The notes under the pieces: model-generated | What the model was told of the DNA's origin: nothing | The model's database searches: none | The model's input: the letters and a program-made list of their open reading frames with translations, nothing else | In this document: positions 26,334 to 40,158 of the stretch, in pieces | How positions within the stretch are numbered: the first letter of the stretch is position 1 | How the letters are laid out: every line of letters starts with the position of its first letter | Assembly (NCBI RefSeq): GCF_021869535.1 | Contig: NW_026262690.1 | Span: 36,084,001 to 36,148,000 of the forward strand | Length of the DNA stretch: 64,000 nucleotides | Reading direction: 5' to 3' | Source of the DNA: Mytilus californianus | Taxonomy: Eukaryota | Made by a program: the position numbers and the translations under genes

Positions 26334-26450
26334 ACTCTGTTACACTGTAGATCCAGAATCAAGTTATCTGTTATGTTTACTAAAGTTTATGTTTTCCGCC
26401 ATCTTCAAAACGAAACAAGCAATAACTTGTGCATTGAATTTGGCCAATCA
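26334..26450 (-). promoter_or_regulatory. Putative core promoter and non-coding first exon of the C5orf34 orthologue
   Basis: Minus strand shows AAGATGGCGG (YY1-type motif, ~26396-26405) followed by a GTAAGT donor at 26333-26328. A CCAAT box lies at ~26444-26448. The ATG exon has its own acceptor (ttcattttcag at 21628-21630), so an upstream UTR exon is required. Confidence 0.6.
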
Positions 26451-26544
26451 TTACAGATATTTTTCAGTTCGGGTTTCTCCGGTAAATATATTACTCGGAC
26501 CAAAAATGAAAATGAAACTAGAAAACAAGTAACATAATGTCACA

Positions 26545-28025
26545 TGAAACTAGAAAACAAGTAACATAATGTCACATTTAGAACAAAACAACATTTTATA
26601 TAATCTACAACATGGCTTCAGAAAAAACCGATCTTGTGAATCAAAATTAATTGACTTCATTCAAGAACTGTCATCTAGTAATGGTGGTGGTGGGGGGGGG
26701 GGGGGGGGGGGGGGGGGGTCAGTAATAATAGTAACATTCAAATTGACCTTATCATTATGGACTTTGCTAAAGCGTTTGATAAAGTTCCTCACCAACGATT
26801 ACTTTACAAACTTCAATACTATGGTATAAGGAAAAATACACTTAAATGGATCCAAGCTTTTTTATCCGATAGAACACAAACAGTTGTAATAAATGGTATT
26901 TCTTCTACATCAGTGCCAGTTACATCTGGAGTCCCACAGGGTACTGTACTGGGCCCCATATTATTTCTCATTTACATTAATGACTTCTCTGAATATTTAA
27001 CACATAGCAAATTAAGACTCTTTACTGATGACAGCATCATATATAGAGAAATCAAATCTCAATCAGACTGTGATAAATTACAAGAAGATCTTAACGCTGC
27101 AGCAAAGTGGGAAGCAGATTGGCTTATGGCTTTCCACCCTGATAAATGTACTAAACTTTCAATTTCACATAAAAAGAAACCATATTTACATGATTACATC
27201 CTTCATAGTCACATTCTTGAATCTGTTACATCTGCTAAATATCTGGGCGTTACTCTACAATCAAATCTTAAATGGAACCTACATTATGACAACATTATCT
27301 CAAACTGCAATAAATCTTTTGCATTCCTTAAAAGAAATTTAAAAATATCAAACACAGACATTAAATCAAGGGCATATCAAGCAATAGTCAGACCTAAATT
27401 AGAATACAGCTGCAGTTTATGGGACCCTCACACAAAAGATGCTACCCAAAACATAGAACTGGTTCAAAGAAGAGCAACTAGGTACATTTGTAACAACTAC
27501 CATAACACCAGTAGCGTTACAAATATGATGAATAATTTAAAACTACCAACATTAGCTGAACGCCGCCTTAAAACACGTCTTATTATATTTTACAAAGTAA
27601 TTCACGGCCTCATTGCCATACCATCTGAAATTTTAATACCAACAGACAGTAGAACAAGACAAAACCATCCAAATACTTATAGACATATACGAACCACAAA
27701 GGAAACATATAAGTGGTCATTTTTCCCACACACCATCATACAATGGAACATGCTACCTATAGCCACAGTACAGTCAACCACAGTTGACAGTTTCAGAGCA
27801 CACCTTACACAAGGTGTTCTCTGCCAACTGATTTAAATTTTTGTATATAATTTTTATTTTAATCACTAGTTTTTGTAATATACATGCACAAATTGTCAAA
27901 TTTGTATATATTTTTTTTGTTCTTTGGCATCTTCAAGAAAATTAAATTTTAACACGCATGCGCAACAACAAGTAATCTTCAGTATCCTGAAGTTTTGTTG
28001 TATAACTGAAGAAGAAGAAGAAGAA
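26545..28025 (+). mobile_element. 5'-truncated non-LTR retrotransposon (CR1/L2-group LINE), RT region plus 3' UTR and (GAA)n tail
   Basis: QHGFRKNRSCES, DFAKAFDKVPH, SGVPQGTVLGPILFLIYIND, LFTDD (RT active-site motif), WLMAFHPDKC, RPKLEYSCSLWDP, VQRRATR; ends in (GAA)6 at ~28008-28025. A 44-nt insertion at 26683-26726 causes one frameshift. Confidence 0.93.
26569..27836 (+). pseudogene. LINE ORF2 reverse-transcriptase fragment
   Basis: ORFs 26569-26829 and 26757-27836 join in frame (..ELSSSNNSNIQIDLIIMDFAK..) once the poly-G insert is removed; endonuclease and N-terminal RT are absent. Confidence 0.9.
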
Positions 28026-28181
28026 CTATTTTGATCTCTGAATACGGTAAACCACAAAGATATTAAAAAAAAAGAAGTTGCACGGTACTTTGTAAGTTGT
28101 GTAGAACAATAAAGGGAAATAATGTGCAAATCTAAAACTCGTCTTATCCACATGCGCTTGGGGAATGGAACCTCCTTTTTC

Positions 28182-29598
28182 CAGGGGCGGATCTAGGATT
28201 TTGGAACTTGAGGGGGGGGTAGTATTAAAGGTCGGCGAGCGGAGCGAGGCGAAAAATTTTTTGGACCTTTTTTTGGTCGTAAAAAACATAAAATAAGTGT
28301 AAAATGCATTTTATAGTTAAAGTGTAGGGGTTGGACATTTTTGGTGCCGTATTCTCTTCATTAATTGTCTATTATAAAATGATTGGATGGATCCAAAGCT
28401 ATGTACTAATTAATATATTTGATGTGGGATTTGTCAGTAAAGAATGGACATGGAAAATTCTCGTTTCTCGTTTGTTGTATGGTTAGTTAGCATAACCTCA
28501 CAGATTTCTTGTTGTAAACAAGATATACGGCTATTCAATGAAATTTACAATACGACCAACACAAAGAAAGACAAACAAGCAATTTTTATCCAAATGTTTG
28601 GTTGAAATGTTTCAATCAACAAGGGAAGTGAGGGTTCCAAATCAACCAAAGGCTACGAATGAGTCGGAAATGACATTGAAGTTGTGAATGACGGTCGACA
28701 CATGGAGACATATAGGCCACAGTGACACCCAGAGGGCAGGTTGCAGTCGGGCCTTGAAAAAAGTATTCAGTCATGATATCAGTTCGGCAAAACAGACATT
28801 CCGGTCAGATATGGGATTCACATGCAACCCCCCCAAAAAAAATTACGCCCGTTTTTTATTCATCATGTTCATTTAATGCTAAATAATTTTGTTGAAAATA
28901 TTTTTTTCTTATAGCAAAAAAGTCGACAAGATTATTGTTTTCAATCCAGATACGACCAGCATTTTTGTTTAAGGCAAAAATTAGGGTCAGAATTTTTTCT
29001 CTAAAATATCTCAGACTGCCCCCTCAAATCAAATGGTCATTACCTTAGACTTTAAATCTATATCTAGAGCTTACTGACTGGGGATCACTATTCAGCAATG
29101 TTATTAATGGGCTGGGGCGTGTGGGGTTAAACATGTTTTCGTAGGTAAATAATATTGCTGTGGAACTTTTTTTTTCATGAGAGTGTAATAGAGTATTACT
29201 TTCTGTTGGGTGGAATTGTGAAATAGAAGTCAATACGTTCTTGCTCAATACTTTGTCGCTTTGAAGGCGTCATGCTTGTCCATCCTCAGCCTAAGCAATG
29301 TGTTACTGTAATTTGAATTTCAAAATGACTGAGTGACGTTTTTTACGACGTACTGGTCAACTCAACCGTAGCGAATCACATGACTTTGACATAATCAATA
29401 ATATATTACAGTAATTAAATACGAGCGAAAAATATCTTTATAAGTAAAGAATTGTCGCATAAAAATTAAATACACGGGAAATGGCAAAGTTCGCGAAGTC
29501 TAGTCTGATTAATCATTTTACAAAAAAAAAAAATTGCAAGCAAAGGGGGGGGGGGGGGGGGCGTACGCCCTCTATGCCCCCCTCTGGATCCGCCACTG
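28182..29598. mobile_element. CAG(G/T)GGCGGATC-type TIR element (one 1.4-kb unit or two separate half-MITEs)
   Basis: CAGGGGCGGATCTAG at the left, CTGGATCCGCCACTG at the right; TTTTTC on both outer sides. Confidence 0.5.
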
Positions 29599-31302
29599 TT
29601 TTTCTGTTAATATTTTGTTTTTGTGTTTTCTCTTTTTTGGGGTAAATATTCCACAGTATTTTAACTTTTTTAACTGATGTGTTCTTGCTCTTATCCATTT
29701 TCACCGAGGATGAACTCCGGAAGGGTAAGCAGTTCCTTTTCATACCAAGAAAACATCTGATGATAATATAATATGATCGCATTTGGTCACAATCATGGAA
29801 AAGGGGAGAATATATTTGCGGCTACAACAGGCAGTCACAATATACCAATGGCCATCTCAGATATTCTTTAACAGTCAACACATTATTAAACGTTCGAAGC
29901 TATATATGACTTTGCCTCAAGCTCAATCGCTGCCTTGTTACTCGACAGCAACACTCTGTCAAAGAATGGTTTGGTAGACACAGTTGTATACGCACTTGAA
30001 TATCATAATAACAGGAACTTCGATATCAATATGCAGGCGTAGTTGGAAGGTTGCACGGAAGAAATGGGAAACACTGGGATAAACAACTGCTTCTGTTATT
30101 AGTTTTTAGCTTTGCTAATTTATGTTTTAATTCCGATATTATTGCTTTCAGTCTTTATTTCAAGTTCAATGGATAGACGATATTTTCAGTCACCAAAATT
30201 TGGATTCTTCAGTAAGAGAACATCTGCAATGGCTTCTACTATAAGGAGTCGACTGACATTTTCATCTGTTTGACCTATTTCTATATCTTGTCTTGCTAAT
30301 CATTTTTGCTTTTTACAGTTTCTTCTATTTCCTTTGTTTTTTTTTTGTTTTATCAAAACGCAAAACATTACTCCTGTAATGAGTCACCGACAATTTCGGT
30401 TTCTCTGACTTATTTATAGACATCGTCTTGCTGATTATTTTTGCTGTTAAAGTTTCTCTCTATCTATATTATTATACTTCTCAAGATTATATGCAAACAC
30501 TAAAATAAGTAACTTGAATCTTCATTTAGGGACAGAAACAGCTATAAGAAGTAAACTGGAGGTTTTGGCCATCTTTGAAGAATTTGTAGATCTTGGCGTC
30601 ATTTAAAGTATTATTGTTTCAAACAAACAGGCAAAGACAAATAAAAATCGGTCGAAATCGTCATTTAAGTGCAATAAACCGAGTAAGGAGTCGTCTGACA
30701 AGTTTAGTCAATACATACAATATGTGTGTTACAGATGATCATGGATATTATTATGTTCTAATTGTAGTAGCCAAATTACGATCTCTTTTCCTCGACTTTG
30801 ACATCACCGAATGCGACTTCGATGTGCCACTAATGAAGCGGAATCGGGTTACCCTTTCTGAGCAACTGAGATCAACCCCGGTTTTAGTTGGTTTTTGCTG
30901 CTCAGTCTATTTTTCTAGTAGTGTTTTGTGTTTCGTGGACTAACGTTAATCTCTTCGTCGTTTACATTTTGGAAATGGTGTTTTCTGGGTTATTTTCTTC
31001 CGAATTGTGGTTTTTAATTATTCCTTTTGTATCGTTTGTATCTTTTTCACGAGAAGCATTATTTATAGATAACATGATGATAACAACAGTAATTGTTTCA
31101 AAAGTATAAATAAGAAAATAATAATGATATTTATTGCATAGCAATATAATATTTCCCACAGAAAGTCACCAAAAGTTAGCGTGCAATAAATTCTAATATT
31201 GCACTAGTGCAATAAATCTTCAAAATTTATGACGTCATCAACGACAAAATCTTAGTTCAAACCAATTTTTACTTTCAAATATTATATTGCTATACAATAA
31301 AA

Positions 31303-31421
31303 GGGTTATTGCATGAATATTTGGGAATATTGTCCCTCGTAGAACATATATTGCACTCGCAAGCTCGTGCAATATAAAATTCTACTCGGGACAATATTCC
31401 CCAATATTCATGCAATAACCC
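31303..31421. repeat. ~120-bp near-perfect palindrome
   Basis: gggttattgcatgaatatt..tattgcac tcgcaagctc gtgcaata..aatattcatgcaataaccc. Confidence 0.9.
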
Positions 31422-34400
31422 TATAATATCACTCTACTCGGACACATTATTCTGACTCTGATCCGAACCGATCAGTCTTTGCTGCTATTACTTCTTATTG
31501 CTGCGTCCTTGGCGGAGAAGCAGCACATCCTTGTTGTTTCTGTGATTGGTTTAAAGAGTATCTATAAGTACCTTAAACTCCGCACTCGATCCGAGCACAT
31601 TATCATTAGATGCATAGTTATCTGGAACATAAATGACTGCCGTATATGTCGCAAAAAAGGGGGTTGCAGGTGCGCTTTTTTTCAAACAATTACTCTCATT
31701 CGATATTGTCTGTACAATTAAAGCCAGTCGCCAATCTCTCCCTTACGTTGTCAGTATATTTAGAAAGACATTGATTTTTCTAATATCAAACGCTCGACTA
31801 TATCAACAAATTGGACGACTGGAAAACAACTGTCATATTTCCTGACTTGACAATCTAATCTAAATATAAATCTCTGATTTCGTGTACCTTATATTTATAT
31901 ATATATATACGAGCACGTGAGTTGTGATAGATCTGAATTTTAATCAGATTGCTGACTTGGTACAGTTATTTTCCGAAGAAAATTAATCATGAAAACAAAC
32001 GGCTTATGAAAATCAAAGCAATTTGATTATTAACAATGAATGTATAATTGAAAACACAACCAATATGATACTATATTAAGCTGAATATTTCAAGCATTTT
32101 AAGGGGTATACACATTAATCAAATAACAAATTATATCTGCAAAGAAAACGGTTTTTGATAAAAAAAAAATCTATAACTTGGTCTTCCAACTTACGACTCA
32201 TTCCTCGAGAGTTTTAGCAAGGATTCTTATGCATATTTATTTGCATAAATAAGCACCCTGCATGTACAGCTAAACGGTGGCCCACTCAGCAAAAGTCTTA
32301 ATGTTGGAAAGGAGGAGTCTAATTGCGTGACCATATTTCTATATCAACGTCAGCGGCATTACTGCAAATATGTGCAAATTACATATTAACCTCGAACTGT
32401 GACTTCGGTAAGTTCATTTGGTAAATCCCCATCCTATATTAGATTATATAAGATTATTTCTGATCTACTACTTAGCCGGCGCTAGCTCATGTCATGGCAG
32501 TGAATGTCTTCGTCATTAAACCTCTTGAACATTGCCTTTAAATAAGTTCAAGATAATATATTATAATTTAAACTTTGTATGGTATCCATGATCAATGGGG
32601 CATGGAAATTTAACGATATCTCAGAACACCTCGTCAATACACTAAACAACACACTAGTTTTATGTACTCCGTACCTGGTTCATTCGCTGTATAATGAAAT
32701 AAATAATAGGATGAATCATAATGTAATTACGTACAAATTGTTGTGAAATTATCGCCACATTTTTCAAAACACAGATATGAATAACACATTGTTTTGGGTG
32801 TAAATGGAAATACTCCTTCACCAGGTAGGATATTAGGTAAGTTAATAGTGTGCTCTTAAGGAAATTTATATTGTGTAAGAATGTTTATTTGTAGGTGACT
32901 TCAACGTTTTACACAGGACAATTTTTCAATTATTTACCTGCAGTGTTATACTTGGTTTATGTAAAACATGTTAGAACTAAAACAGTGTAATACGATATAA
33001 TACGAAAAAAATCACATAAAATAAATGATGGTTATTTCACTTCCTATATAAATGTTGATGTTTGTATCGCTTCTATGGAATGTTCATATCAATTCTCACA
33101 AGTTAGAGCATATATACATATATATATGTGTTAAAATCATTTGTCATTTGATTTGACATATAGTTATTCTTTATTCCAAAAGCAATACCTGGGTAAAAGA
33201 AAAAAAAATATTATAGTAAGCATTACATATCACAATTTAGTAATTTATTAATATAAATTAACACTTAGAGCATTCATATTAATGGAGAGTTGAACGATTC
33301 AAGTATAAAATTAACCAATATTATAAAACGTGTTAAAAAATTATTGAACATGACTATTGGAACTTAAAGAAAGTGTTCCTGCATGTCAACATTACGCTTC
33401 GTATGTATTTATTATTAAGGTTTGGATTTACATCATGTGGATCTGGAGAACCCGAGGAAGTATTTATAAAACCAACACTTAATGCACACATACATATATT
33501 TGATTTCATTAACACTTAACACGTAGGCATACTTTAAAAAAAACTGTCCTTCAGAGCTTCTGTTAACATATCAGCAGTCTTTATTCATCTTGTAATAACA
33601 TAGTTCTGAACATGCATGAAATATTTGCCACTTGACGTTAAGCAACCAACAATCAAATCAATAAATCGTCCTGTAACCAGTTGTAATTCAACTTCATTTT
33701 AATCCCTTACGCATCTGTACGTGATTATCTTATATACTTAAAAAGGTAGGATTGAAAATTGAAGACGATTATTTTCATGAACTTTAATTAGGGTGAAATG
33801 CATTGTTCGATAAATGACTATGAGGTATTACCTGGATAAATTGCTTTCCGTACATCACGTTTAATAAGATTACTTGCGATTACTGAAAATCTAGTAAAAC
33901 TACATACTTTTCCAAAGTCGCTCCGATTTCAATTTCAAGTTACTGGACGAAATTATGTCAATTTGCTGTGAGAAGAAAGGACATGTGTATCATATTGTTA
34001 TTTTGATCTGAAATAAAATACCACACTCCCAATTATATCTATACACCTCGTCTGATAAAGTTCAACAGTACCAATCCGATCTAAAAATATACAGTATTTT
34101 AAAATATAATTCGAAGTTCATTCGACGACGTTCTTATTTAATTTTGTGGGGTAATTCTACAGAACACATGCTTATTCTCGGTAGAAGATCCAACACACAA
34201 TTAATTTAATGTATAACAATCAAAGTACATTGTATAATAAAATGGAATAGTTATGCAATATTTCTGTTACCCTTCAGCTAAAACCTTAAGAGCGTTTCAA
34301 CATTTCTTTTTGAGCACTATAAATCTGGGCTTAATACATTATCTATTCATGCTACTACTCCAAGTATAAATGAATCATAGATTTCACTTAATCGTTGAGA

Positions 34401-35204
34401 TGAGACAACCCAAGAACGTGACAGGAAGTTGAATTTTATAACTCATTTGATTGAGATTACCTTATAATGCTTGTTGACAATTGTAAGATCTGATGGAGGC
34501 TCTCTCAAGGGGCTATCGTGAATTTTCTGTAATTAGGATTTGTTGGATATATGAAAATTGTGTTATAGCATATAGAGAATATGTCTTTTCGTCCTTTTTT
34601 ATGATATGAAATCTAGTTTTAAAGAGTCAACAAAGAAACGCCATATTTTGAATTTTCCCTGCTTTTTCATTTTCCAATGAGAGTCAACATATCCTGACCA
34701 TTTTTTCTATTTGTTCTACCACTGATAAAATAAAATAAAATCAAATATTTTTTTATTTAAAATCCAAATATTGGATTGTTACTAAACATGCATGACATAT
34801 ACATGCCAAATATGAAAACGTACAAAATTCGAAGTTAAAAAACATTCATAGTATAATAGAAGAAGAAGAAGAAGTTTTATTTCCATTAAATGGGCTCACA
34901 AAGGGCATATTACAATATAAGACATTTTAGATAACCAAAAAAAAAAACAACAAAAAAAACAATAATCAAGTATACATACAAAAAAGAAAAAAAACAGTTT
35001 GAATATGAATGAAACATAGTAGATAAGTATATCATATATTTAGTTGTTTTTGAGGAGTTGATACTTTTGCAAATGAAAATTCGTAATGAGATTGTTATAA
35101 AATATATATGTAATAGAAAGAATCACAAATTTGTATAACATAATTCTAGTTTTTCTTGTCAGTTAGGTTATTGTTCTTGGTAAAATGTACAGATAAATCG
35201 ATTA

Positions 35205-36313
35205 GGGACTTATCATTTTTTATCTGGGATGGGGGCTGGTCAAAATGCAGGGGGGATCAAGTTTTTTGCTGTATGTGGATAAGGGGGCTCAATTTTTTTT
35301 TATAAATTCAAAGTGGGGGGATCAATATTTTTTGCACTTGGAAATAAGTAGTTCACATACTTCAAGAGACAAAATGTCAAGAAGAACATTACAACAGTCA
35401 AATCGAAATATATTAACACCATTCATATACAATTAAGTAAGACATCACAAGACTTTGGTGATGTAGGAAGCTGCCATTTTGTGTCATTTTGTCTTATATA
35501 AAATGCATAGGTGCTTCATAATCCGAATAATTCAGTTGTTATATTTCACTCACGTCGATCACTAAATTAACAAGCATTATTGCCAATGTATCTTTTTGTT
35601 TTCATTACAAGAGCCCTTTGGGTCCATGTATACCTCTCACTCCCTCAAAATTTGTACTTTTTAGGCTAATAAATCAAAAATGTGAGGTTACTATCACACA
35701 TTTATGAATGAAATGTGACAATAAATGAGTAATTGAATTGCTCAAGCTGAAAGCATGAACTATCCATATAAAAGTTTAGCGACTCAATGGAGGTTTCAAT
35801 AAGGCCATACGTAAAAATTAAGTTTAAGCAGCGTTCAAGAGAGGGACATATAAATAATGTGTTGTTACTGTTTCAAAAAGTTTACTTTTTAATGTATATT
35901 TTTTACAGAGTTACTCAGAATCAAGTTTTCTTTAATAGCCCAATATAGGAAATCGTAGAAAAAAATAGTCAGAAAAAGCTACTCAAAGCACTGGCTTGCT
36001 CTACCTACTAATATTCATGGAAGAGGCCTCATGGAAGAGCCCTATTTCAAGGCAATTTTCCCTCAAATAAGTTTTGGGACTCAATCCAATGCGAATATTT
36101 CATTTTCAATATTTCCTTGAAATAACATAATAAGTGATTTGCATGTTAAAATTTTGGCATGTTTAATAGAGGGGGGATCACATTTTTTTAAATGTTTTTA
36201 CAGGGGGGGGGGATCAAATAAAAATAGTGAAATATTATGGGGGGATCAAGAAATTTTGTATGTATGATTTCAAAATGACCAGCCCCACTCCCAGGTAAAA
36301 AATGATAAGTCCC
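35205..36313. mobile_element. 1109-bp Zator-like non-autonomous DNA transposon
   Basis: TTA|GGGACTTATCATTTTT..GGGCTGGTCA and TGACCAGCCCC..AAAAATGATAAGTCCC|TTA; 3-bp TWA TSD and GG termini; GGGGGATCA subterminal direct repeats at both ends. Confidence 0.8.
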
Positions 36314-36799
36314 TTACTCCGATAGCAATAACATGCCAAGAAATCCTCGCTAAAAATTCCGGTTTACCTCCTACGGCACTCATTAGTAGCTAAAGATTTG
36401 ATTTCATTCAACAAATTATTTTATGACCTTCATGTACGTGTCGCTTAGAACACGGCCATATACCAAATGGTCAATATTAATCATCCATGTAATTTGCTCT
36501 ATGGGGTGTTTGCAGAATTTCAACGGAGGCAATTTCTTGGCATGACTTTAGTTATGTCATGTAAATATAAATGTAAATTTTTCCTCATTAGACATTTTGT
36601 TGCAAGATTGGACTATACTTGTACTTCCAGAAAAAGTTGTTAGCTGCGATTTTCTAAATTACATTCAATCCCCTTTTTACAGTGGGGACTTTTTTTCAAG
36701 TTGTAATTAACGGTGTCTACCCTATTCAGTATTTAACTCACTATTTAATAAAATTGTTCTACAACTATCGATACAAAAATTATAATTTGTGATAATTTT

Positions 36800-37780
36800 T
36801 AGCTCACCTGGCCCCAAGGGCCAAGAGTGCTTTTTTCATCACTTGGCGTCCATCGTCCGTCGTCGTTAACTTTTACAAAAATCTTCTCTTCTGAAACAAC
36901 TAGGCCAAATTTAACCAAACTTGGCCACAATCATTATTGGGGTATCTAGTTTAAAAAATGTGTCCGATGACCCCGCCTGCCATCCAACATGGCCACCATG
37001 GCTAAAATAGAACATAGGGGTAAAATGCAAGTTTTGTCTATAATCTTGAAAACCACTATAAATAGAGAAAACCAGACTGAGCGTAAATGTTCAGAATGTT
37101 GAGATCTACCTGCTGTGCATTTACGTGAAATCTGTCAGACGACTTTTTATAGGAGTTTTTAGCCCTTAAAAGACTAATTTTACCTTTTTTTTTTAAATTC
37201 TGCCTATTATCTTGAAAACTACATTGAACAAAGAGAAACTTTAAATTGCAAAAATGATGAGCAAGACAAGATCTACAAATAAGTTAACTTGACCGAAATC
37301 CTCAGACGACTCCTTATTGGAGTTATTGCCCTTAAAGATGATTTTTACCAATTTTTTTTTGTTTTTTGCCTTATATCTTAAAAATTTAAATAGCTAGATA
37401 GAAACTTTAAATAGAAAAAAAAATCAATGGCAAGACCTATACATAAGTCAACAGGTCCGAAATTGCCGGTCGACTCCTTAATGGAGTTATTGCTCTTTGA
37501 TAACGATGTTTACCAATTTAAATGTGTTTGCCTATTTTCTTGAAAAATATACTAGATAGTTAGACACTTTAAAAAGCAAAAATGATCAGCAAGACAATAT
37601 CTACAAATAAATAAACATGACTGAAATCGTCGGTCGACTCCTTATTTGGTTAATTGCTCTTGAATAACGATTTTTACCAGTTTTGGTGTTTTTTTGTCTA
37701 TTATCTTGGAAACTATAATAGATGGTAAGACACTTTAACGGCAAGACAGATATACAAATTAATTTTACCAATAAAAAACA
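36800..37780 (+). mobile_element. HINE of the same family as 7713-8864 (opposite orientation) with ~165-bp tandem units
   Basis: tttttagctcacctggccccaagggcc..cgtccatcgtccgtcgtcg start; repeated tattatcttgaaaact..ggagttattgc units at 37200-37750. Confidence 0.75.
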
Positions 37781-38640
37781 GTAATAGAATCGCATAGAAG
37801 TGATTGCTTTAAAATGACTTTTTTTCAAAGTTGTCACCAATAGCGTTGTATAGGAAAAATTAATCATTTGATTTTATAGAATTTTGTAAAATGTTGAAAA
37901 AATCTTTAAATTTTATTACTAGACTATGATATTCCAATCTAACCCGGTTGAATCAACTTTCTGATTTTTACTGCGAGATCAAAGGGAAATGTTTACACAT
38001 ACTGACTAACAAACACACGCGCGTGCTCAAATACAAATATAATAATGAGAAGATGTAGTAAGATTGCCAATGAGACAACTGTCCACAAGAGACCAAATGA
38101 CACAAAAATTAACAACTATAGGTCACCGTACGGCCTTTAACAATGAGTAAAACCCATACCGCATAAAATTTATATTACTTATAGAACAGATTACACACGT
38201 TGACTGCTTTTTCTTATAAAATTTTAAAAAAATCAGTCGAAATGTGCTTCTTTTCATTCGTCCTAAGAAGCTCTTGTTTAAAGTCAGCCTCATGTGAATA
38301 AAGGAACTAAAGCTAGAATTTTTTTTTTCAAGTGATCTATATATGGTTATCTGATGGAATATAAGATGATTTCATACATTTATATGTTTTTATTATTTTT
38401 AGCCAATACTATTGGATAAGATGTTACTGAAACTTATGTCTGATCCATTTGTCATTTTGAACAATTTTATTAGAGACGATAAACCTTTTTGAAAGTCTCA
38501 TTGCAACATACACTGCCAACTGGTGATTTTAGAATATCACTTGATAATTATTAGTACTGTATCGCAATACACATCATATGATGGCATGAAAAGATATAAG
38601 CTAAGAAAAAAATCTAACAGTCTGTTTATTTTGCAGAGAA

Positions 38641-38689
38641 ATGAGACTCTTTCACAGCGGAACAGTTACATTGTTAGTTGTATGCATTA
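38641..38689 (+). CDS. Probable first coding (signal peptide) exon of the TSP1-LDLa gene
   Basis: Acceptor tttattttgcag at 38635-38636, ATG 38641, MRLFHSGTVTLLVVCI, donor A|GTAAGT (phase 1, matching the TSP1 exon). The linkage is inferred. Confidence 0.55.
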
Positions 38690-38857
38690 GTAAGTATGAT
38701 TTTGTACCTCTAAATATTCAAACAGTGATACAATAGGTGCATGACGACAGGACCCTGTGATGAGCCATCCCTTTCAAGATAATAAATCTCGGATTTTCTA
38801 CTAAATATCAGTTTTTTGTACCATATATATATATTTAGACCCCATATTTCATCAATG

Positions 38858-39758
38858 GGCGCATTGCATTTGCACCAATTTTTACAAAATGCAATCTTTC
38901 ATTTGCGCTACAAGGTCATATTTCATTTGCGCCAAAAAATAAAAACAACATTGGCGCCATTTCACAGGTAACATATAACGGAAAAATTTAAATATTCTTT
39001 GCACCAGGAATAAGATTTTGTTAGAGTAGTCTCCCTGACATGCGATATTGGTAAATGGTTGTCATTTTTTGGGGATATCGGTTTTACCGCCTGATCAGAT
39101 TGAAGACTGCTTTGTTGATGACACTATGAATAACATATAACACCTGAATCAAGCTATCCACCATCTTTTGGGGCTGCTGCACCAACTGAGAATTTCAGGA
39201 GAACGAACAACGGACAAGAATCGTTCAATTAAGATTTTAACGAGCAGATTTATCAAAACATCCAAACATTTTCATTTATGTGGACGTAGTAAAAAAGATT
39301 CAGGAAACAACGTATATAAAAATGAGATCCAAGGACAAACCGTCTGTAGTTAGACGATGGGAGAAAGAAAAAAATGGACTCTATATATCTTTTGGAAAAA
39401 TAAAGTATACACCATAGAGGTGAAATGTTCCGACATGAGTACATACGGACTGTTGCTTACAAGTTTTGTGCAAGTACAGACTTATAATTTTACTTTTGTT
39501 TTATGATCCTGGTGATTTATAATAAAACTCTGTTTTACCATTATTATCAAAAGTCTTTTTTTTAAATATCCGTGTATAGCGTTTTCATTGTGGTTTTAGG
39601 ATGACGGATTTCGGATGAATATGTTTTATCATTGAGACAAAAACTGTGTTTCAAAGTTATTATTAAAAATTTCTTTTGAATAAATCTATTATTTATACTA
39701 TTTACCTGTATTATTGGCGCAAATGAAATGCCGATTGGCGCAAAAGCAAAGCACCGCT
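38858..39758. mobile_element. ~900-bp TIR element
   Basis: Left gcgcattgcatttgcaccaat..ttcatttgcgcca; right ttggcgcaaatgaaa..ttggcgcaaaagcaaagcacc. Confidence 0.6.
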
Positions 39759-39809
39759 ATCAAAGTGCCATTCGACCTTAGAGCGAGTATGTCTTTTCGT
39801 ATTTTTGTC

Positions 39810-40158
39810 ATATTGTTGTATATCTATAGTGTTGTATGTCTATATTGTTGTATATCTATATTGTTGTAGGTCTATATTGTTGTATGTCTATATTGTTGTA
39901 TATCTATATTGTTGTATATCTATATTGTTGTATGTCTATATTGTTGTATATCTATATTGTTGTATGTCTATATTGTTGTATATCTATATTGTTGTATATC
40001 TATATTGTTGTATGTCTATATTGTTTTATATCTATATTGTTGTAGGTCTATATTGTTGTATGTCTTTATTGTTGTATATCTATATTGTTGTATATCTATA
40101 TTGTTGTATGTCTTTATTGTTGTATATCTGTATTGTTGTATGTCTATTGTTGTATGTC
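39810..40158. repeat. 18-bp minisatellite (tatattgttgtatRtcta)n
   Basis: About 19 copies; produces three spurious YIYIVVYLYCC-type ORFs. Confidence 0.92.

Noticed and set aside
30593-31159. 116-aa and neighbouring ORFs
   Set aside because: Overlap interspersed-repeat sequence; no domain signature or splice support.
34860-36560. Possible old LINE 3' end on the minus strand interrupted by the Zator-like element
   Set aside because: A (CTT)n tail and AATAAA are present but the translation is too decayed to assign.
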